DNA of 24,000 nucleotides from Bacillus mojavensis (GTDB lineage Bacteria; Bacillota; Bacilli; Bacillales; Bacillaceae): NCBI RefSeq assembly GCF_031316635.1, contig NZ_VKPU01000004.1; one strand, 5' to 3'. Shown piece by piece: positions 8,576 to 15,144 of this stretch (position 1 is its first letter; each line of letters starts with the position of its first letter). The notes under the pieces were generated by a model. It saw only the letters and a program-made list of their open reading frames with translations, ran no database searches and was not told where the DNA came from. The position numbers and the translations under genes were made by a program.

Positions 8576-8761
8576 AGATACTTGGTCTTTTGATTTTCTT
8601 TCTTTTAAAGTGAGATTGAGAAATAGAAGAGCCAAAAGAATAAAAGCAATATTCACCGTCCAAGACTTCCAGCTTCCAGTGGGGACTAAAATCGTATTGA
8701 AGAGCAGGCGAACGCTTGAAGAAAATGAAAAGAGTAAAAATAATAGTTTGTTTTGAGACAT
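8573..8761 (-). CDS. Hypothetical 62-aa two-TM peptide at the distal edge of the islet (doubtful)
   Basis: From ATG 8761: MSQNKLLFLLFSFSSSVRLLFNTILVPTGSWKSWTVNIAFILLALLFLNLTLKERKSKDQVS. It has two hydrophobic segments but only a weak SD (AGGA 11 nt upstream). It lies downstream of the operon terminator, and its 3' end overlaps the yxbF terminator tail. Confidence 0.25.
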   Translation of the reverse strand: MSQNKLLFLLFSFSSSVRLLFNTILVPTGSWKSWTVNIAFILLALLFLNLTLKERKSKDQVS

Positions 8762-8790
8762 GGTTCTATACGTCCTATACCTTTCTTCTA

Positions 8791-8832
8791 AAAAATAAAA
8801 TGCCTCAAAGCAGATTCTCATCTGCTTTTGAG
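8791..8832 (-). terminator. Rho-independent terminator of the bacteriocin operon
   Basis: Read on the minus strand: ctcaaaagcagat-gaga-atctgctttgag (12 bp, one bulged A) followed by gcattttatttttt. It starts about 30 nt after the HlyD-like stop. Confidence 0.75.
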
Positions 8833-8861
8833 ACATATATGAACATTTCTCTAAATGGAAA

Positions 8862-10331
8862 TTAACGTAAGTGTAATACATCTAAAAAATAATCAATATA
8901 TCTTTTTGAATCAACGATAATTGATACATCTGTCTGCATGCCATTTTTTAAATGTATTTTTGTTCCGTTATCTTTAACAATTTCTTTGCTTTCTATCGTG
9001 CTTTCAGCAATATAAAATTTTTGCCCGTTTTGATCACTAATACTGTCTGGACTTATTTTTGTAATGACACCTTTAATGGTTTGATTTGTATTTTCAATAT
9101 GGAATCTAACCTTATCTTTTTCATTAATATTTGTGATCTCATGACTCGGAATATAAATGTTACCTTTAAGCTTCTCTTTATCAGGGACAATAGTCAAAAT
9201 AGCAGTGCCTGCTTGTAAATTGTCACCTGGAGATATATTTGTTAATACATTAACATAGCCATCACTTGTTGCTTTTATTTTATATTTTTCTAATTGTAAA
9301 TCTATCATCTTTAGATCATCTTCTCTTGATTTAAGAGTGGTCTGAAGATCTGTTTGCTTTTGAGATGTTTGATTTAGCAAGTTTGTTTTGAGTTGCTCAA
9401 TTGAAAGCTTATAATTTGTTTGCTCTGAGTTATCGGAATCACTGTCAAAATCGTTACTTTTCATTGAACTGTTAATCTCATCAAGAGATTGATTTAATTC
9501 GTCTTTTTCTTCACTTAGTTTTACTAACATATCTTGTTTTAAACTTTCTAGCTGTCCGTTCAGATTCTCTTTCTGCTGTGAAAAACTGTTTTTATCGAGC
9601 TCATCTTTCATCTTCTGTAGATCATCAAGCTGCTGCGCCACATTTTGTTTGTTAGTTTGATAACTATTATAGTAAGAACTATACTTATCATCCTGTTTGG
9701 CAAAGGATTTATTGTTTTTAATGGAGTCTTGCAGATCAGAAATTCGTCGAAGCTTTAATTCCACTTTGTTTTTTTTCTTATCGAGACTATTTTTTGCGGT
9801 TTTTTTCTGCTTCTCAAGTTTATTCTGTTGAGTTTTTGCATTTTCTTCTGATGACTCTAACAAATTACTCTGTTTTTTGTAAGAGAGATATTGATCTTGA
9901 TAACCCCAATGATCATCCTCACTGAATAAGTTTTTGTCATTTTCAATACTTTTTTTTAGAGTTTTGTTTAACGCAGCTTGTTCTTTTAAATCTTTGATAT
10001 CTGCTTTAACCGCCTTTTTCTGCGCTTGAATTTCAGTATTTTCTAGCGTAAGCAGTGTATCTCCCTTTTGTACCTTATCAACTTGTTTAAAAGTAACTGT
10101 CTTTACTTTCCCGGCTACTTCGTTTGTTACGTTGCTGTCAGGTATAGTATATTGGATGTCAGCTGTTGTTTTTAGAATCACTTCTTTCTTTCCATAGAAA
10201 CTAAAAACAATAACAGCTATTAATAAGGCCATGAGTAAATAGACAAAGATTAGACCAATTGGTTTTGGTTTTGATTCATAGAGTTCTCTGCTGTCTTTTA
10301 ATTCTTCTATATTAAAAAAGTTATATTTCAT
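8862..10331 (-). CDS. HlyD-family bacteriocin secretion accessory protein
   Basis: 489 aa. Single N-terminal TM (IGLIFVYLLMALLIAVIVFSFY), lipoyl-like GKVKTV...VQKGDTLLTLE, a very long K/Q/N/E-rich coiled coil, and a C-terminal beta-barrel segment (LQAGTAILTIVP...IPSHEI). The start is 2 nt after the ABC gene stop. Confidence 0.9.
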   Translation of the reverse strand: MKYNFFNIEELKDSRELYESKPKPIGLIFVYLLMALLIAVIVFSFYGKKEVILKTTADIQYTIPDSNVTNEVAGKVKTVTFKQVDKVQKGDTLLTLENTEIQAQKKAVKADIKDLKEQAALNKTLKKSIENDKNLFSEDDHWGYQDQYLSYKKQSNLLESSEENAKTQQNKLEKQKKTAKNSLDKKKNKVELKLRRISDLQDSIKNNKSFAKQDDKYSSYYNSYQTNKQNVAQQLDDLQKMKDELDKNSFSQQKENLNGQLESLKQDMLVKLSEEKDELNQSLDEINSSMKSNDFDSDSDNSEQTNYKLSIEQLKTNLLNQTSQKQTDLQTTLKSREDDLKMIDLQLEKYKIKATSDGYVNVLTNISPGDNLQAGTAILTIVPDKEKLKGNIYIPSHEITNINEKDKVRFHIENTNQTIKGVITKISPDSISDQNGQKFYIAESTIESKEIVKDNGTKIHLKNGMQTDVSIIVDSKRYIDYFLDVLHLR

Positions 10332-10333
10332 AA

Positions 10334-12526
10334 CTAATTAGTCACCAACTTTTCTGATGACGTTTGATTATCCCACAAATTAAAATATTTACCTTCTAAG
10401 CATATTAATTCCTGGTGATTACCTTGTTCTAAGACTTCTCCGTTTTCAATTACAAAAATTTTGTCGCAATTTTTTACTATACTTAATCTATGAGCAATTA
10501 TTATAGCGGTAATATCTTTTGAAAGGTTTCTAATAACTTTAGAAATCTCTATCTCAGTTAACGAGTCTAAATTACTTGTCGATTCATCCATTATTAGAAT
10601 AGAAGGTTTTCTTAGCAATGCCCGTGCAATTGCAAGTCTTTGTTTTTGGCCACCGGACAAATTTGATCCATTTTCTTCAATAACTGTTTCGTAGCGGAAG
10701 GGTAGATCATTGATAAAGTCATGAATCATTGTTAATTTACAAATTTTAACTATTTCTTCAAAAGTATAAGACTTTGAAGATCCTAATAATAAATTCTCAA
10801 TAATTGTTCCATTGAAAAAATAAGGTTCTTGTGGTATGTAACTAATTGCTTCCCTTAAAGTAGTTATACTTATATCTTTTAAATTATTTTCGTTAATTAA
10901 AATATCTCCACTTTCTACCTTATAAAAATTCATTAACAGTTTGGCTAGAGTAGACTTACCGGATCCGCTTTCTCCTACAAAAGCAACCTTTTCTCCAGAT
11001 TTTATATTTAAAGTAACCTCGTTTAATATTTTTCTTTTTAAATCATATTGAAAACTGACTTTATTGAATTGAATAGGCCCTTTTATTAGTTCAGTATTAG
11101 TTATTTTAGTTCTAGCATTTTCCGTGTTTATTAGTTCTGGCTCTATCTCTAGAACTTCTTCTAGTCTTTTGGAAGCAACAGTAGCTGATTGGAGTTTAGA
11201 TTGTAAACCAAGTAAACTTTGCAAAGGATCAAAAAAGTAAACTAGTAAAGCATTATAAGCAATAAGTTGTCCGATTGAAAGGTTGCCTTTCATCACTTGA
11301 ATTGATCCTATCCAAAGGATAACAATGCCGCTTGTTAAATCAATAAAAACTTTTATCGAATTTTGGAAGTTATCAAGAACTCCATGTTTATATGCTGATC
11401 GTAGATATTTTACTAATTTTTTTTCTGTATCAGCAGTTACTTTATATTCGGCATTGTGAGCTTTAATTGTTTCCATGCCCTCTAGATAATCAACAATTGT
11501 AGAAGTTAGTTGTGCATTATTCTCCATTTCTTCATCATTTATCCTATGATAGGGTTTTACAAATAAAAGTACCACAAATATATATACAGGGACTATTGCT
11601 AAAACAACAAAGAATAAAGTTGAATTCTGCAAAAATAAAAATATTCCAGCTAACAGAAGCATAAATGTATCTAGAAATACAGAAATAGAAACACTTGCAA
11701 TTGCATCAATTACTTTCGTAGCATCATTAAATCGTGATATAATCTCTCCTATTTTTCTGGTATTGAAAAATTTCATAGGGAGTTTTACTACATGTTTAAA
11801 GTATCCAAACATGATTGATATACTCAATTTTTGCCCTAAAATAATCATGAGATATTGCCTGAATGCAGTTAAAACTACTTTAAATAAAAACATTATCAGC
11901 ATTCCTATAGAAAGGATGTGTAAAGTTCCTACTGAATTGTTAGGCAAGATATCGTCAATTATGTACTGAAAATAAAAAGCCCCCGTAATACCGAGGATTG
12001 TTATAATTAATGAAGTTAAAATTGTATGGATTATAAGCGATTTTTGATGTGCTATCAAGCGAAAAATATCTTGCTTTACTGTACTTCTCTCGTTATATTC
12101 CTTATAATTTGCTGCAGGGAGCATTAGTAGTAATACTCCAGTCCATATGCTTAAAAATTCTTCTTTTGTATACCTTACTAATCCCCTTCCAGGATCCGCT
12201 ATAATTATTTCGTTTTTTTTGATTTTATGAATAACAACGTAATGCATTAAATTACCATCAAGAACGACATGAGCAATAGCAGGTAGCCCAAAGGGTTGAT
12301 CTAAAACTGTATGATCTCCCCTGACCCCTTTGGCGGAAAAACCCAACTTTTCTGCAGCTTTAACTATACCTAAAGCGCTTGTTCCCTCTTGATTTGTGCC
12401 AGCAATGTCACGAATTTTCGACAAAGAAATTCGTGATCCATAATGCCTTAAAATTGTAGCTAAACATGCTGCTCCACAATCTTTTTCATCAAGTTGTTTT
12501 ACACAATGATACTTTTTAAATAGCAT
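10334..12526 (-). CDS. Bacteriocin-processing ABC exporter with N-terminal C39 cysteine peptidase domain
   Basis: C39 motifs: QLDEKDCGAACLATIL (catalytic Cys), HYVVIH (His), IIADP (Asp). Six-TM core. Walker A GESGSGKST, signature LSGGQKQR, Walker B ILIMDE, H-loop IAHRL. ATG 12526 is preferred (GGAG 6 nt upstream) over the tracked TTG 12538. Confidence 0.95.
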   Translation of the reverse strand: MLFKKYHCVKQLDEKDCGAACLATILRHYGSRISLSKIRDIAGTNQEGTSALGIVKAAEKLGFSAKGVRGDHTVLDQPFGLPAIAHVVLDGNLMHYVVIHKIKKNEIIIADPGRGLVRYTKEEFLSIWTGVLLLMLPAANYKEYNERSTVKQDIFRLIAHQKSLIIHTILTSLIITILGITGAFYFQYIIDDILPNNSVGTLHILSIGMLIMFLFKVVLTAFRQYLMIILGQKLSISIMFGYFKHVVKLPMKFFNTRKIGEIISRFNDATKVIDAIASVSISVFLDTFMLLLAGIFLFLQNSTLFFVVLAIVPVYIFVVLLFVKPYHRINDEEMENNAQLTSTIVDYLEGMETIKAHNAEYKVTADTEKKLVKYLRSAYKHGVLDNFQNSIKVFIDLTSGIVILWIGSIQVMKGNLSIGQLIAYNALLVYFFDPLQSLLGLQSKLQSATVASKRLEEVLEIEPELINTENARTKITNTELIKGPIQFNKVSFQYDLKRKILNEVTLNIKSGEKVAFVGESGSGKSTLAKLLMNFYKVESGDILINENNLKDISITTLREAISYIPQEPYFFNGTIIENLLLGSSKSYTFEEIVKICKLTMIHDFINDLPFRYETVIEENGSNLSGGQKQRLAIARALLRKPSILIMDESTSNLDSLTEIEISKVIRNLSKDITAIIIAHRLSIVKNCDKIFVIENGEVLEQGNHQELICLEGKYFNLWDNQTSSEKLVTN

Positions 12527-12595
12527 TTTTTTCTCCAATAATTACTGAAAGTGAAATATTTATAATGAAAAAATTATATTTTCATAGGTGAAAGT

Positions 12596-12841
12596 TCATT
12601 TGCTTTTTAATTGATTTAGTTTTGCCTCAAGAAGTGTATAAAAATATGTTCCTACAAAACACAAAATTGCTATTACGGACAAGTCCATACATGCACCTAA
12701 GTAATCATGGGTCCTAAAGTAGGAATAAAAATCTTTATAATGCATGCCGCAAAAAATGAAAAAGAATGGCAAGCCCCATCCAAGTAAATTTAGTTTAAAA
12801 TCCTTTTTAGTCATTTTCTTCAAATTAAACACCCATCTCAT
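12596..12841 (-). CDS. Small two-TM protein, candidate bacteriocin immunity protein
   Basis: 72-81 aa; the start is ATG 12841 or ATG 12814, and neither has a strong SD. Two hydrophobic helices (LLGWGLPFFFIFCGM and LSVIAILCFVGTYFYTLL). It sits directly between the prepeptide genes and the exporter. No family was recognised. Confidence 0.55.
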   Translation of the reverse strand: MRWVFNLKKMTKKDFKLNLLGWGLPFFFIFCGMHYKDFYSYFRTHDYLGACMDLSVIAILCFVGTYFYTLLEAKLNQLKSK

Positions 12842-12860
12842 TATTCTTAAATCAAATTAT

Positions 12861-12880
12861 CCCTCTTCGAAGAAGAGAGA
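12861..12880 (-). other. Short hairpin between the prepeptide genes and the immunity/export genes
   Basis: ctcttc-gaa-gaagag (6 bp), 14 nt after the second prepeptide stop. On the minus strand it is followed by a moderately T-rich tract (taatttgattt). Confidence 0.3.
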
Positions 12881-12893
12881 TAATTTACTATAA

Positions 12894-13145
12894 TTAATGA
12901 CGAATTGATTTATAGACACCATAGCCTGCACCAATGGCTCCCCCAAGAATCATGCCACCAACTATACTAGAACCTCCGGATACAGGAGCGCCTACCATAC
13001 CGCGAATAAGTCCTTTACCTGCTCCTGTAATAGCACCACCTACAGCACCACCTACAGCATCACGTGCTACTGTTTTCCAGCCTCCTCCGTCTATTTCTAG
13101 TAATTCTTGTTCATTTAGTTCTAAACAATTTAAGTTTTTCAACAA
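12894..13145 (-). CDS. Double-glycine-leader bacteriocin prepeptide B (predicted 62-aa Gly-rich mature peptide)
   Basis: MLKNLNCLELNEQELLEIDGG | GWKTVARDAVGGAVGGAITGAGKGLIRGMVGAPVSGGSSIVGGMILGGAIGAGYGVYKSIRH. The leader fits L-x3-EL-x2-I-x-GG. GGAGGG SD. TTG start at 13145, or the adjacent TTG at 13142. 19 of 62 mature residues are Gly, with many GxxxG motifs. Confidence 0.85.
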   Translation of the reverse strand: MLKNLNCLELNEQELLEIDGGGWKTVARDAVGGAVGGAITGAGKGLIRGMVGAPVSGGSSIVGGMILGGAIGAGYGVYKSIRH

Positions 13146-13181
13146 TATACCCTCCTATATTATGTTAATATGTATACTTTA

Positions 13182-13412
13182 TCAATCCCCAGTAATCAAA
13201 TATTTTACTGAGCTTCCGATTGCTCCGAAATGAGCTCCTACAAAAGCGCCTGCAGGGCCAGCAATTAAAGCGCCTGATCCGGCGGAGAAGGCAGTACCTG
13301 TTAATAACGTTTTAGCATAACCTTTAGCCGAATACTTACCTCCATCGATATTCATCAGTTCTTTTTCATCTAAAGCAATAAAGTTTGTATTCAGATCTTT
13401 TTCAACAGACAT
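13182..13412 (-). CDS. Double-glycine-leader bacteriocin prepeptide A (predicted 51-aa mature peptide)
   Basis: MSVEKDLNTNFIALDEKELMNIDGG | KYSAKGYAKTLLTGTAFSAGSGALIAGPAGAFVGAHFGAIGSSVKYLITGD. ATG 13412 is chosen because AAAGGAGG lies 9 nt upstream; the tracked ATG 13433 is upstream of that SD. Confidence 0.85.
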   Translation of the reverse strand: MSVEKDLNTNFIALDEKELMNIDGGKYSAKGYAKTLLTGTAFSAGSGALIAGPAGAFVGAHFGAIGSSVKYLITGD

Positions 13413-13456
13413 TTGAAAAAACCTCCTTTTCATAAATATATCGACGTCGCAAAAAG

Positions 13457-13485
13457 ATTATATAGAAAAAATATACATAAATCAA
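13457..13485 (-). promoter_or_regulatory. Near-consensus sigma-A promoter of the bacteriocin operon
   Basis: Minus strand reads TTGATT (13485-13480), a 17-nt spacer, then TATAAT (13462-13457). It lies about 45 nt upstream of the prepeptide A start. Confidence 0.6.
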
Positions 13486-13740
13486 CATTTTATTTCAATT
13501 TTATGATCTTATATAACTGTTTATATGTATTTTTATAGACTTAAATACCCCCAAAAAGTTCGTGAGAATTCATCTTTAATAAATATTTAGGATTAAGTTT
13601 AGTTTGGATTTTTCAGGTTGCTCAATTATTATAAAGTAGTTAACCCTACATAAAATCACTATGGTTTTTTCTGATTATCTGTACAATTTTATTTACCTTA
13701 TATTAAATAAGACGAGTCTAAGATTATTAAAATAAACGTA

Positions 13741-13770
13741 ATAAAAAGAGAGAGGGACATTCCCTCTCTT
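13741..13770 (-). terminator. Rho-independent terminator of yxbG
   Basis: gagaggga-atg-tccctctc overlaps the yxbG stop and is followed on the minus strand by tctttttatt. Confidence 0.7.
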
Positions 13771-14587
13771 ACTTCTCTTCCTTCCATTTTTCATCAATCA
13801 GCATCTTCCCAGGCCATGTATACGCCATGATGCCGCCGTCTGCGGTGATGTCTTCGCCTGTGACGTATGAGCTGTCGTCAGATGCGAGGAACAGTGCCAC
13901 CGTCGCCATTTCCTTCGGTTTGCCGAGTCGGCCGAGCGGCGTGATCCATTTGTTGGCTTCGCGGAATTTCTCGCCCATTTCCTGTTCCTTGGTGCCAGCT
14001 AATTTGTCAATCAGCGGCGTTTCAATCGTACCCGGTGAGATGGAATTGACCCGAATGCCGTTTCTTGCGTAATCAATTGCCATCGCTCTTGTCAGGTTTG
14101 TGATACCGCCTTTTGCGGCGTTATAGCCGGAGCGGTCAAGGTCCGCAGCCCTGCCTGACATGGAGGAGGTGTTGATGATGGAGCCTCCTTTTTCGAGCAT
14201 GAGCGGAATCAGGTATTTGCTGCAAAGGAACGTGCCGCGCAGATCGACTGCGATAATGCGGTCAAACAGGTCAACGGGATATTCGTGGACTTTGCCGCCT
14301 TCCTGATCGACGCCGGCGTTGTTAAAGAGAATATCAATTGTGCCGTACGCGTCTTTGAGTTGATCAGCAAATTGTTTCACATTTTCTTCATCTGACACAT
14401 CAAGATGAAAAGCCTCAGCCTGTCCTCCGTTTTGTCTGATCGCTTCGACTGTCTCTTTCATTTGATCTTCATTAATGTCGCCGACAATCACACGCGCGCC
14501 TTCATTGGCAAAAACCTCTGCCGTTGCTTGTCCAATGCCTGTCGCAGCGCCTGTGATCACAGCTGTTTTGTTTTCTAATCTTCCCAT
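13769..14587 (-). CDS. yxbG: Short-chain dehydrogenase/reductase (YxbG-like)
   Basis: 272 aa. TGAATGIG, NNAG, catalytic YNAAKGG and PGTIETP motifs. SD AAAGGAGG upstream. Confidence 0.85.
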   Translation of the reverse strand: MGRLENKTAVITGAATGIGQATAEVFANEGARVIVGDINEDQMKETVEAIRQNGGQAEAFHLDVSDEENVKQFADQLKDAYGTIDILFNNAGVDQEGGKVHEYPVDLFDRIIAVDLRGTFLCSKYLIPLMLEKGGSIINTSSMSGRAADLDRSGYNAAKGGITNLTRAMAIDYARNGIRVNSISPGTIETPLIDKLAGTKEQEMGEKFREANKWITPLGRLGKPKEMATVALFLASDDSSYVTGEDITADGGIMAYTWPGKMLIDEKWKEEK

Positions 14588-14670
14588 TACAAGAATCCTC
14601 CTTTTTTATTTGTCTTCCCGCTGTGTGCAGTGATAAACATGTGAAAAAAGTAATACCTGCATATGGTAAG

Positions 14671-14955
14671 ATGAATGAGAAATTGTGGGAGGTTTTATGT
14701 GTTTTGAAGATACAGCATAAGAAGGAACTCAAATTTTATTGTCTTGTCACGATTCCGGCTGCGTTTGCTGTGCTGACTGTCATCTCTTTTTTATTGAAAG
14801 AGATTACGTTTCCGGTTACAGCTAGCGCACTTCTGAATGCGTCATGGCATAATCTATTGTTTCTGATACCGTTCTGTTTGTTTTTCTATCCGGTGCATAT
14901 TTGGATGAAGCGGGAGTTTGGCCGTTGGAATGATGCAGGACAAAAGAGAGGCTGA
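14671..14955 (+). CDS. yxcA: Small membrane protein (YxcA position), start uncertain
   Basis: Open frame with two or three hydrophobic segments, ending inside a terminator hairpin. Candidate starts are ATG 14671 (no SD) and TTG 14704 (GGGAGG 11 nt upstream). Confidence 0.45.
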   Translation: MNEKLWEVLCVLKIQHKKELKFYCLVTIPAAFAVLTVISFLLKEITFPVTASALLNASWHNLLFLIPFCLFFYPVHIWMKREFGRWNDAGQKRG

Positions 14956-14970
14956 TCCTCTCTTTTTCTT
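14943..14970 (+). terminator. Rho-independent terminator of yxcA
   Basis: aaagagagg-ctgat-cctctcttt followed by ttctt. Confidence 0.7.
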
Positions 14971-15061
14971 ATCCGATTGTCTAGAAAAAATAGTGAAAAC
15001 TCACCCAACTAATGTTAAATTGACATATATATGCATCTATCGTTCTTTGATGAAAACCATA

Positions 15062-15090
15062 TTGACAGAAGTCATCATTTGTGATAAATA
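15062..15090 (+). promoter_or_regulatory. Candidate sigma-A promoter of htpG
   Basis: TTGACA (15062-15067) followed by an imperfect -10 in tgtGATAAAta. GAAAAGA at 15096-15102 resembles the GAAAAGG heat-induction element I recall downstream of the 168 htpG promoter. Confidence 0.4.
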
Positions 15091-15144
15091 GATGCTGAAA
15101 AGAGTTTACATAACATCACAAAGCATGAAAAAGGAGCGAGCGGA

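Larger units (their letters stand above)
8576..13740. other. Low-GC accessory islet carrying a double-glycine-leader two-peptide bacteriocin operon
   Basis: Abrupt composition change. My spot counts of single 60-nt lines give 23-33% GC in the transporter genes, against 42-65% in flanking core genes. The islet is bounded by the intact terminators of yxbF and yxbG. All five good ORFs are co-oriented, with one promoter and one terminator. Confidence 0.8.

Noticed and set aside
8725-8868. 47-aa plus-strand ORF (MKRVKIIVCFETW...)
   Set aside because: It runs through the operon terminator hairpin, has no credible SD and overlaps the opposite-strand micro-ORF. It is a chance ORF in AT-rich sequence.
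12934-13233. 99-aa proline-rich plus-strand ORF
   Set aside because: It is the mirror image of the Gly/Ala-rich prepeptide genes: GGN and GCN codons read as NCC and NGC on the opposite strand. It spans both peptide genes and their intergenic SD, so it is an artefact.
13567-13599. Mini-ORF on the minus strand, MNSHELFGGI*, which could look like a decayed double-glycine leader or induction peptide
   Set aside because: It is only 10 codons long, has no SD and does not fit the leader consensus (no L-x3-EL-x2-I-x-GG spacing). It is indistinguishable from chance in AT-rich DNA.
8576-13740. Searched islet edges for direct repeats/att sites and for integrase, transposase or IS ends
   Set aside because: Only a trivial shared hexamer (taagat) was seen near both junctions, and no mobility gene or terminal inverted repeats. 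The region is therefore not called a mobile element.
15019-15024. Second TTGACA upstream of htpG
   Set aside because: No acceptable -10 hexamer lies 16-18 nt downstream, so the TTGACA at 15062 is the better candidate.
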